From Rhizaria sp. SCN 62-66 (lineage: Eukaryota): a stretch of 64,000 nt of DNA. Position numbers and translations under genes: made by a program. Of the stretch, positions 49,764 to 61,583 are shown piece after piece (positions within the stretch are counted from its first letter, which is position 1; each line of letters begins with the position of its first letter). The DNA lies in NCBI GenBank assembly GCA_001724265.1, contig MEDY01000128.1:1-64000 (forward strand). The letters run 5' to 3'. The notes beneath the pieces were generated by a model that made no database searches, had not been told where the DNA came from, and was given only the letters and a program-made list of their open reading frames with translations.

Positions 49764-51701
49764 TCATGTCATGACAGCGTTGTTGTTGCCGCTCCCCGCG
49801 TCACTCATCGGGACACCCCCGCTCGCGCCCGCATCCGCCCCCGCGCCGGCAGCAGCAGCGGCGGCGGCACCGGCGGCGGCGCCGGCCTGGTTGACGCACA
49901 CGTTGTAATGCGCGGCTGCTGGCCTGCCGCAGCAGCCGCAGCAGCCGCAGCGGGGCGCGCCCGCCTCGGCGACCATGGGAGGCACACGCACGGTGTCGAC
50001 GTGGCGCACGCCGCCGCGCACGTTGCGCCGGAAGCGGTCGCGCCCGGTCGCGCTGGACTGGAAGTGCGCGGCCAGCGCCGCCGCGAGCGCCAGACGCCGC
50101 CCGGGCCCCGCGGCGGGCGTCTCCAGCAGCAGGCGCAGCAGCGCGAGCGCAGTGGCCAGCGGCATGCCCGCGACGTTGACCAGATACGTCTTGAGCGACT
50201 TAACGGCGTACGAGGAGCGCACGACGACGGCGTTGCCGAAGTCGGAGCGCAGCAGCGTGGGCGCCGCGCTCTGCCCGTCGAGCAGCGGCAGGCTCGCAGC
50301 CGTCGCGAGGGCACGAGGCCCGCTGCCCGCAACGCCTGAGGCCGCGGTGCCGACTGTGGTCGAGGCGCCGGTGCGCGCGGCCATGGCCAGCTCGGCCTCG
50401 CTGACGGGCGGGAAGTCGATGCTCGCGCCCAGCTCGAGCGCGTCCTTGCGGTGCTCGTAATAGTACTTGATGTCGCCAAGCATCTGGGCCGAGACGGCCG
50501 CGCGCTGCTGCGGCGTCTCACGGTCCTCCGGCTTGGTTTTGAGCTGCTGGTAGCGCCACACGGGGTCGTGCTCGCGGTCATCGAGGCACAAGTCCCGCAG
50601 CGCGCCCATGCGCTCCGCGGCCGCCTCGTCGTCCTCGACCTCGGTGTCCGAGTCGCAGCAGCCCACGTCGGGCCCGTACATGGGCGGGATCAGCGGGATC
50701 GCGGGCGTCAGCGGCGCGTCGAAAGGCAGCAGCCGCGCGCGGTCGCCTGCCGCGAGCTTAGGGATGATGCACGGCCCGAAGACCTGCGGCCCCGCCAGCG
50801 CGTCGAGCTCGTTCGTCTCGCACATGTTGCCCCACTTGGAGCGCAGGTCCATCACCGAGAACCCACCCAGCCAGGGCGCGAACCGCGCGTCGCGCTTGAC
50901 GCGGCTGAAAAGCGTGTTGCCGCATTGCGCCACGGTCAGCGCGGCCGTCAGCCCGCGGTCCGCCATGTCCGTCCCGATCACCGTCACGGCGTCCGTCAGC
51001 ACGGCCTCATGGTGCGGCGTCCAGTCGCTGCCCTTGAGCGCGGCCGCGCGCTTCCCGCGCAGCGACGTGAGGAACTTGCCGTGCGCCGTCTCGTCCGCGG
51101 TGAGCCGCACAGAGGACGAGCCGAGGCGGCTGTCGCCGATGACGGCCCCCGCAAGCACCGGGGCCGCCGTCGACAGGCCGCCTACAAGGGGCGCAGCGGC
51201 GGCCGCCCCAGCAGGGGTCGCGGGCGCAGCGGCCGCGGGGGCGGCGGTGGGAGCGCTGGGGGCGGCGGCGGCAGCGGCGGGACTAGAGCTGGAGTTGAGG
51301 AGGCGGGCGAGTGCCTCCGCCTCCTGCTCGGCCTCGGCACTAGACGCGGCAGCAGCTGTGGGCTCGGGCTTCGCGGCGGCGGACTCGAGCTTGACCAGGG
51401 CAGCGTCGGCCGTCGCGGTGACCGCGTCCGCGTCGTCGGTCATTGCTGCAGCAGCGGCGCTATCATTCGCAGCAGCGGAGCCGGGCGCCTAAAACTTGAC
51501 AGTGACGTCGCCGTCGGCGGCGGCAGCGGGCTGAGAGGCAAGGGCGGCCTTGCGGAGGGCAAGGCGCTCCTTGAGGGAGAGCATAGCCGACGGCGCGGCA
51601 GCAGTCGCCGCGTCGGCAGTGGCAGCGGAGGTGTTGGTGTCGTCGTCGTTCATGGTGTTGTCGGCAACGGGGGAATCCGCCTTCTCGGTAGGGGGCTGCA
51701 T
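49764..51701 (-). CDS. Uncharacterised ~645-aa protein with a telobox-type Myb/SANT-like domain and one in-frame TAG (51491-51489)
   Basis: ATG 51701 opens a GC-rich coding-like frame, MQPPTEK...DVTVKF*APGSAAANDS...MTDDADAV, that is continuous with ORF 49764-51443. WTPHHEAVL...VKRDARFAPWLGGFSVMDLRSKWGNM (about 51023-50823) resembles the TRF/TRB Myb motif DLKDKWRNM. Confidence 0.7.
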
Positions 51702-52307
51702 GCGAGGAGAAAAGCACCAAGAAAAAAGTGCGATGCAAGACGATGTGTTGTTGTGTTGTGGGTTGGCTCTGAGAGAGACAATTAGAGAGGTACGCGAACG
51801 GAGAGAAATTGATAGGAAAAGTGGTGAGTCTAGGGATGTCTGGGTAGAGCCACACAGATGAGTTGAACACATGTTGTTTCAGGCACACGCGAAAAATTAG
51901 ATGGAAAACCAGGAAAAACATAAATTTGTAAGATCAACGACGGAATCAGGCCACACGTGATGGATGTAATCGAGAAGTCGAAGGCTGGGCGCGAAGACGA
52001 ACTCGATCGCGAGCGACCGGAGATTTTTTGCGAACTCGACTGACCAACGTCTCACGACTGGGAGTTGATCTTTGAGCCGATCTACCTCTGCATTATATCT
52101 GTAAACTAGAATTAAACCTCCGCAGTCTAGCACTTAATTGCGGTTTTGTATAGTTATATTTAATTGTTTTTTCAAAATCTGCCGTCTTACCTGCCCCCGC
52201 TCCCCTCGAATCTTTCCATTCGACTCCCCAACTTGAAATGCCTCGTGCCACCTCCACGCCGCTCCTTCGTCCCCCGTTCCTTCCACAACGCAGCCCCGCC
52301 TGCCACC

Positions 52308-55300
52308 ATGCGTCTCACTGACGTCATTGGCTGCTCCCCGCCGACCCGCGAGGGCTTAGCTTATTATACCCCGCCCACAGCCACCACTTCCTCGTCCTCG
52401 TCTTCAGAGGCATCTTCAAACTACTCAAGCAACTCCCCGAGTGCCAGCTTCCCCTCACCCGCAGCCTCGAGCGCCGGCCCCCACGGCTCCTACGCCGCTG
52501 AGCTTGCCGCGTTTGCCGCCGCCCCGCTGCACTCGTTCCCGTGCAGCGCGCCCCGCCACGCCGGCGCGACCACGGTCACGCTGCCGGCCCTGCTGTGCAG
52601 GCCGCTCGTGGCCGTGCCCGCGGGTGCCTCCGTGCTGTTGCTGTGCGCGACCACGCTCGACACGCTCGCCGTGCTGCCGGGCCGCAGCGGGCACCAGATT
52701 GTCTCGCTCGCCTTCTCGCCCCTTACGCCGCTCCCCCCGCCTCAAACTATGGCCGACACTGCTGCGGCTGCAACGGCGACAAAGCCTGAGGCAGCGGATA
52801 ACGCTGCTCCCCAGCAGCAGACGCACGACGTGCTGCTGTATGCGGGCGAGTCTGGCGTTGACGCCGGCGTTCTCGTCTTCAGCCTGTCCCTGCTGGGCCC
52901 CGCCGTGGCGCTCTACGCGATGCGCCCTCCCTCGCCACAGTCCTTCGTCGCGGCGGCGGCGGCCGCGGCGGCCAGAGTCGCGCTCTCCCAGCGCGCCAGC
53001 TCCAGCAACAGCAGCACTACGACCGCCTCTGCAACTCCTGCGGGAGCGACCCTGGCCGGCGCAGTCGCCGCCGCCGTGACCGCCGTGGCACACCTAGTGG
53101 GCGACGCCGAGGCCGAGTCCGCGGCCGAGTCCGTGGCCGTGGCGGTGCTGCAGCCCGCGACCGTGGGCACCGTCGCGCCCTCGCCCTGCGGCCGCTGGTT
53201 GCTTGCCGCCAGCAACACCGGCACGGCGCTGTGGGCCCTCGCCACCCCCACCACCACAAGCACCGCTAACGCGGGCCTGAGCACTGTGATGGAGAGCTCG
53301 AGCTCGGGCGCAAGTGTGAGCGCGAATGACGTCGATGCCGGTGCAGTTGCTGTTGCTGGGGATATGGTGACTGTGAGCAGCGCTGTTGCGTCGATGATTC
53401 ACTACAATAACAACATCGCCCTCTCGCAGCCACATCATCAGCAGAGGATCAACTCAGAACATTGCGAGAGTGAGCGAGCGTGCAAGCGCGAGCGCAAGCG
53501 GCGGCAGCGGCAGCGCCGGCGGCAGCAGCGGCAGCGGCTGCGGCAGCTTGTCTGGGACTGGGCCTCGGCCTCAGTCCTTACTCTGACCCGCCACCCCACG
53601 CTGCCGGACGCCGACACCACGCTCGCGCTCGCCGCGGCGGCCGCGCCGGCGGCTGCGGAGGCTGTCGCGGCATATCTTTCGAGCCCTGGTGATTACGCCG
53701 TGAGAAGTGTCAATACCGGTGCGAACACTGACGCCGACGGCAGTGCGCCGTGTTTGCTGCTAGCCTCGGCGGCGGCGGGGGTCGTGGCCGTGGCGGCCCG
53801 CCCGCCGCCGCCGCTGGCGCTGGCATGGTCTCAGTGCGGCAGCTATTACGCTCACAGCCACTTGACTGGCGGGGCGAGCGTGGTATCGGTTGCCGAGGTC
53901 TCGCCGCGGGCGCTGCTGCTGGCATCCGCTGTACACGGTGACACTGAGGGCAAGAGCACAGCAGCTTGTCAGAGCGACGATGATGTGTTAGTGGCGGTTC
54001 CCGTTGCTGTCGAGCTACTTACAAGTCTAAGTACCCTCTGGCAGAAGGCGAACCCATACGCCCCTGGCTGCTCACAGTCACCCTTAGAGCTTCAGAAGAC
54101 CCTTACAGAGGCGATCACGCGTGCCGCCGCACTTACATCTGCTGACAACGACAATAAGAACAGGAGCAAGAGTAAGGGTGCTAAACGCCAAGATGGTGAC
54201 GACGATGAGAATGAGAGCGGCACTGTGCTGTCCGCGTCGCTGCTGCTGACTCTGTCTCACCCGAACCCCGCAAACCCGATGCCTCTCCTGCATCCTGGCA
54301 CGAACAGGGCCAAAGCTCAGAGCGACAGTGGCAGTGCTAGAGCCAGTGCGAGTGCGTGTGCGAGGACGTATGACGAGGTGTCGTTGTCGCTACTGCTGTC
54401 TCTCTTGCCAGCCCTACTTCTGCCCCTGACTACTTCATACAGCAATGACCGCAATATCAGTGGTTGCGGCAGTGGTGGGCTGGCTGTGACCGTGAGCACC
54501 CCAGTCAGGCTTGGCTTGCACAAGAACATCTTGATCCCCTCTATCGCTTGGTTGCCGACTGCAAACGCACACTCTCCCAGCAACACGGCCACTGACGTGA
54601 ACAATACCAATGCGAGTGCGTGTGCGAGTGGTAAAGAGCTATGGGCGGGCCCCGAGTGCTACTTTCTCACCGCCACGGGCGTCATTCTGCTGCTGCGGCC
54701 GAAGCTTTTCCCCCCGCTGCACACCATCATCGCCGCAAGCTCGAGCCCAAGCAGCATCACGCGCTCAGCCACCGCCCCAGCCACGGCGACCGACGCTGAC
54801 ACGGCGAGGGCGGCTGCGGCAGCGTTCGCCCGCGTGTTTGCAGCAGACCAGGCTGACGTGCTGTTGCCAACCATGGCGACAGGCTTTGCCGCTGCGTTCA
54901 ATTCGACGGTACGTCATTGTAGTCATTCTCTCAGAAATACTAGGATTATTTGACTATAATTCATTGAAACGTGCGTTTTATAATTTTGTTTGCATTATTG
55001 TTTCATCTTACTCACATCATACCTTGTATCTCCATTGCATTTTAAATCATATGCGTAGATTCTTCCCACTCTCGGTCTGCCTGCAATCACAGCCTCCACT
55101 GCTGCCGGCCTCAACTCCACCACAAACGGGCTTGCGTCAGCGACTACCACCAGCGGCAGCGTCACTTTGCGGCTGACTTGGGAGGTCGAGAAGTGGGTCA
55201 GTGCCAAGATCGACCACGGTCTCTACTTACACGCCTCGCAGCTCCCTTACACCTCATACCCGCCCCCCTTAGTGCAGTCCCCAGCCCCCGCCGGCGGCCC

Positions 55301-58300
55301 GCCCCAGTCAAACGCGAGCGCGAGTGCAGGCACGGGGCCCGCGAGTGCGAGCCCTGCTGGCGCGGCGACCCCTCTGTGTCTACTCACGGTCACGGGCCGC
55401 GGCGGCCGCGTGCGCCTCTTCCATACACACACGCTGCGCCACGTCACGGCCATCACCGCGCTCCCGCCCACGGGCGCCGCCGCGGGCACCGCCGCCGCGG
55501 CCGCGGACCTGGCCGGCGCGGCGGCCGCGATCGGCGCCATCGCCACGCGCACCGCGGGCGCCGACGTGCGCTACTACGACGCCGTCGACAACACGGACCC
55601 GAGGTTCCGCCGGCTGCTGCGCAAGCACGCGCAGGAGCAGCAGGAGCTCCTGAACGGCGCGAGCGGCGGCGGCGGCGCTGCTGCTGGCGACGGTGCGGAC
55701 TCGCGCGGCGCCATTGGGGGCGTGGCCCCCGTCCGCGGCGGGATCGACTACCGCAGCAGCGGCCGCTATGTGCGCCGCATGGAGCGCTACGAGGCCAAGA
55801 TGCGCGCCGCCGGGTTCCCGCACGGCCCGCCGACCCGGGCCAGCTTCGTCACGCTCACGGTCCCTGCGCCAAAGCTGCCCGTGTGCGTCACACTGCGCCT
55901 GTCGGCGGACGGCAGGAGCCTGGCGATGCACTTCGCGGACCGGTCGCTGCTCACGGTTGCTTTGACGTTTCCGGACGCGGCCTACGCAAACGGCGCGAGT
56001 TCCAGCGCGACCGCAAGCGCGAATGCGAGCGGCGCGAGTCTGGGTCACCTGAGTAGTCGCGTCGGCAGCGGCAGCACGCCACGGGACGCCAAGGGCGCGG
56101 CCACCGCCAAGCCCTTTGTCCCCAGCGTCGCCTTCACCGGGTACCGGCCTGCGGTGCGCGGATCCGTGTCGGCGCTCAGGGTATCGACCGTGTACCCGCA
56201 CAACCCGGCCGCGGAGTCGATGGCGGGGTTCAACTACACCGCACGGCTGCAGCAGCGCGCGGCCGCGGCGGACCACCCGCGAGCCCACGCGTACGCGGCC
56301 GAGCTGGCGGCCAAGCTCGCCGCGCAGGGCGAGCCGCTGGCGGCGCAGTGCGCGCGCGAGCAGCGCGGCACGCTGGCGGTGACCGTGGTCGGTACCGAGG
56401 GTGTGGTGCGCGTGTTCGCGCTCAGGCCCAGTGGGGCGGGGCACGCCAGCGACTGTGAGCGCAACTACTTCCCGCGCAGTAAGGAGGAGCGGGACAGCGG
56501 GACGTACGACCCGTTTCCGCTCACTAACAAGAGCAAAGCTCGCACTGGCGGTGCTGGCGGCGCGAAGCCTGAGAGCGACTGTGAGCGCAAGGTGAGCGAC
56601 TGTGAGCAACTCTCACCATCACTGTTGCAGTCGCAGTCTGAGGCGCGGTTCCGCCGCAGTGTTGCGCTGGGGGACCGTGAGCAGGCCGAGCTGCGGGACC
56701 AGCAGTGGCAGCAGGTCTCGTGGGGGCCCATTGACCCGGTGCCTGTGGACCGCGTGCACGCGCTCTTCGCGGTCCGCACCGGCATGCTCAACCAGTACTC
56801 GACGCCAGGTACTTAGACGCGAACACCATTTTCACACTGACACTTCTCATTCTCGATGGCTTTTTGATTTATGATGATATTTTTGTTCTGGATTATCAAT
56901 GTCTTTATCTAACATTATCCCTGTGTTTTTGTTCTTTTATTTGATTTGTTATCGTTTTAGGTCCCGCTGCCGTCAAGGGCACTCAGGTTATCACGGCTGC
57001 CTCTGCCTCTGCATACGCCGCTGCCACGACCGATGGCAGCAAAGCAGGTGTTTCTAGTTTTCCCGTCCACGGCGCTCAACATTCAGCCGTTGCCGCTATC
57101 GACGGAAGCACTAATGTGCAGCAACTGCAGTCTGCGCCGAAGACGACGTGTCTCGTCGGCGCTGCGACGCCCGCAGTCTCGTTCTGGCAAAACAGCACTA
57201 ACGCCGACGACAACGACAGTATTAGCGACATCAGTGACACCGATAGCGGCACCGATTATGACGACGAAGACGAAGCTGACAACGCTGGCGGCGTCAGTCT
57301 TAAGCGCGAGCGCAAGTTGCTGCAGCAGCAACACAACGACAGGCAAGAGGGCAAGAGCAACAGCAATATGAGCTTTAACTGGGACGACGAAGCGACGTAC
57401 ACTGACAATAACGATGAGTCAAAGAGCAACATCTCTCACAAGAATCTCACCAACAGCGCCAGCAACGCTAGTTTTGTTGGCAATGTTTTGAACTCGATGA
57501 CCGCGAGCCTCGTCATGCGCGGCGTTGTCACCGGCGGCGCCCGCAGTGCCGTTGACTCCTCTACCGTGACTGCAGCGAAGCCGGCCGCTGATCACAGCGA
57601 CATTGTGACGGCGATCGCCGACGGCGACATCGCCAGCGTCCACGGCGGCGTGGCGGCCGACGCGGCGTACAACAGCTGGGACGCGCTGCAGCAAGAGGGC
57701 GCGCTGGCATGGGCGCTGTGGGGGACCGACGTCGACGCCGTGAGCACCATCACCACGACGGTCACCACGCGCACCAACTGCACCGCCATCTCGACGTCGT
57801 CGTCCTCACACGCCACCAGCAGCAACAACACCGGTGACAGCACCCAGAAGAGCGACTCTAGCGGTGGCGGCGCGAGCGGTGCGGGCAGCCAGGTGACCGT
57901 GAGCACGCCGACGGCGACGACGACCGTGAGCGAGCGCGACGGGCTCCACGTGCGCACCAAGGTCGTCACAGGCAACGCCGCGATCGAGAACGACTGGACC
58001 ACCGCGAACCTGCCCCCCATCACGGACGCGGCCGCTCCGACTCCCAACCCGGCGAGTCACACTGGTGCCGGCCGTGGCGGTGCTGCTGCGGCGGCCACGC
58101 CCCAGCCTGGGTTTGCGCTGCCGCCGACAGCGCTCACCGCATTAGTGCCTCCCAAAGCTAAGTCGCAAAGCACCTGCAAGAACAGCAGCGCGAGTGCGAA
58201 TGCGAAGGGCAGTGATGGCGTCGGCGGGTACGGTGCGGCCGCGCACTGCGTCGCCATGATCCAGGCCCTCAGCGACGGCGGGGTCGCGGACCCTTACTCG

Positions 58301-61300
58301 GCGCCCACTTACTCCGGCACGGCGCCGCACGCGAAGGGCCGCGGCGCGCGCGCGCTGGCTCCGTTAACCACGCTGCCTGCGGGCGCGAGCGTGCCGCTCG
58401 ACGGCTCCCGCCATAACAGCATCGCGTTTGCCCACGGCAGCGACTCTAACGCCGGCACCAGCGACACCGCGTCTGGGTTCAACAGCGGCGCGCAGAGCGT
58501 GGGCGTGACCGTGGGCAGCACGCTGGCCGGCGTCGCGGTGGGCGACACCAAGGGCGACGTGCTGGTCATGGCGGCCGTTGCGCAGAGCCTGTTGCCGGCG
58601 GCCGTGTCGGCGCCCGCGGCCGAGCACGCGGTGACCACGACCGCTGGCGCCAGGGCCGCGGCCGAGGCCGAGGCGCGCACCGCGATTGCCGTCGCTCTCG
58701 CGTATGCCCGCGACTTACTCAACAAGAACAAGAACACCAGTGCAGGCAGTACCCGTGACACTCACAGTCTCAACATGGCCGTGCTGGAGCTGCTCGAGCG
58801 CGAACCGATGCTGCTGACGACCGGAGTAACTGTGAGCGCCAGCGCCCGCACCGGTGTGCTCACGGTCACCTCGCCCCACTCCGGCGGCTCCACTATGACT
58901 GTGAGCCACCTGTTCTCCGGGGTAACCGTGAGCACCGCGCACGGTGCCACCAAGGCGGCCCCCATCTGCCCGTACTACAGCTATTATCGGCCGACGCTGG
59001 CTCCGACGGCGCCCGCCGCGGTACGGTTGGCGTGCCACGCGCTCGCGCACACGCTTCTGTTCCCGGTCAAGACGCTGGGCGCGCACGAGGGCGCGGTGAC
59101 CGCGCTGTCGTTCTTGCCGCCGCCCCCGGCCCCGCTGCCCACGGTCACAACCACAACGACGACGACGACTACAACGACGACGACTACAACGACGACGACG
59201 ACGACGACGACGTCTGGGACGCCAGCCGGCAACCACAGCGTTAGCGGCGTCAGCGGCGTCAACGAGGGCGGGCTCGTGCCACTGCCTTTCAGCCTCGGCC
59301 GCCGCCCCTGCCCCGGGCACTTGCTGACAGCCTCGCAGGACTCGCTGGTGCACGTCATCGACACGGGCGACCTGTACGGCCCTCCGCTGACCACGCTGCA
59401 GCCCGTCGGGCCCCTCGCCACCGTCACCGCGCTGGCCCCGCTCCTACCGCCCTCGAGCGCGCCGGCCGCGCTACTCAACGCCGGCCCCCGCGTCGTGGCC
59501 ACGGGGCTGGACGGCAGCGTCACTCTGTGCCACCTGCCGCCCTTCACTGCGCTGCCGCCGCCCAACAGCGGAATGGCCTACGGTGGCGCGCCCTCTGGGG
59601 CGTTCTGCCCCCCGTTCCCGCCCGCCCTGTCGCTCCACACCGCCTCCGCCTCTGCTTCTGGCACTGGCTCTGGCGCCGGCGCCGGCGCGGGTCCGGGTGT
59701 TAGTGACCGCGTGTTCGCAGTGGCGGCACATCCTCTGGGCCGACTCGCGGTCACCGCGGGCGGCGTCGCGGCGGCCGACACGTGGCAGCTGCCCACGGCC
59801 ACGGCCTCGGCCGCCGCGGCGAGCACCGGCATGCCCGCCGCGGTGGTCGGCGGCAAACCCGGCCCGCGCCTGTGGCTGCCGCTGGTCTCGGTCGTTGCCC
59901 GGCACGTCCGACGCGAGAACAGGCGCGAGGCGGCTAAGGGGCTGGCGAATAAGGGGTGCTTAGAGACGTCGAAGGGCGGGGTTAGGAAGAGCGTTACCAG
60001 TGGCCCCGGGACTGCTGCTGGTGACGCTGAGGTCATCACTCTTGACAGCACCGATGACAGCGACTCTGGCGCTGAGTTCGAGTCTGACGATGACTCTGCT
60101 TCCGACACTGATCGTGACAGTGACGACGACGACGGCGACGATGACGACGACGACGACGATGACGACGATGATGAGGTCGAGTGGCGCCACGACTACCACA
60201 CTGCCATTATCGCGCTCAAGCTTGCGCGGGACAACGACCAGCACAATCATCAAGTCAAGCTCGACAAACTCAACAAAACTAAGGCGAGCGCGACTGAGAA
60301 GACGGCCAAGAAGACTCGCATCGGTGACGACGATTACGACGAGTTTGCGTTCGACACAAGCACTCCGAGAGTCAACGACGCCGTTGCTGAGGCCGATACG
60401 GGCGGCAGCTTGACCGTGGTCGAGAGCGAGGCCACCAAGGCCGCCGTCGCCGCGCTGGCCGCGGTGGTGGCGCAGCGGCCAGCCCGCGCCCGCCCGCAGC
60501 CGCTGCTCTGCACGCACGCGCCGTCGCCGCTACACCGTTCGCGGCCGCCGCCCAACCTCGCCTCGCTCTCACTCCTCGCCAGCGGCGCGGCAGCAGGTGG
60601 CGGCGCGGTGACGGCCGCGGCCCGCGCCGCCGCCGCTGTGGCCGTGCCGTGCTGCGCGCTCACGGTAGCGCTCGACCCGTCGGGCTCGTGCCTGGCCGCG
60701 GCGCTCAGCGACGGCCGCGTCCGCCTGCTCGACACGACGACGGGCGCGACGCTCAGCGAGGCGCCCGCCGTGCACGGGTCACACGTGTCCGCGCTCGAGT
60801 TTGCGCCCGACTGCGCCGCGCTGCTCGCGGCGGGCGCGGACGGCGTCGTGGCGCAGTGGGCCCTCCCGCGCTGGCTGCGGCTGCGGCTGCGCGCCCGGCT
60901 CGGCCCGCTGCTGCGCGACGTGCGCGCGCAGGACGGCGCCGCGCTCGTCGCGCGCGTCGCGGCCGCCGCCGGGGTCTCCACGGCCGCGCTCACGCCTGCG
61001 CCGCACGCGAACACCAGCGCTCTCACCAGCCAGTCGGGCAGTAAGTGCGCTAGCGCGAAGAACGACGAGGATGATAACGACGATTTGATCACTGTTACGC
61101 CCGCGATGGCTCGCGCTCTCTGTCTTCCTGCTCACAGCAGCAGCGGGAGCAATGCGACGATCACCGCGACCGCGCTGCGGTCTCGCCTGCGCTCTCTGAG
61201 CGTAGCCGCGACCGACGCCGACCTGATAGCGCTGCTGCTGCGGCCGGCCAAGGCGCCGCCGATGCTGTTGGTGCCGCCGCCGCGTGAGCAGCGACTGCCG

Positions 61301-61551
61301 GCGATGTCGCGGTACTACAAGCAGTGCCTCGACGAGCTGATGCAGATGCAGCGGCAGCACCAGCAGCACATGCTTGAGCTAGAGCGGGAGCAGGAGCAGG
61401 AGCAGCAGGGGCTAGAGCTGGAGCACAAACAGTCGCAGCTGGTGCTCGAGCCCGAGACTGAGCCGGACGCTGACGCTGACGCTGACGCTGAGGCAGGTGA
61501 TGACGCCGAGGCTGAAGCTGCTGACGCTGTTGAAATCGACGTCGATATTGG

Positions 61552-61583
<32 letters not shown>

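Noticed and set aside
56814-56816. TAG ending ORF 55167-56816
   Set aside because: It lies inside intron 56809-56960 (GTACTT...TTTTAG, AT-rich, frame-preserving), so it is neither a stop nor evidence of recoding.
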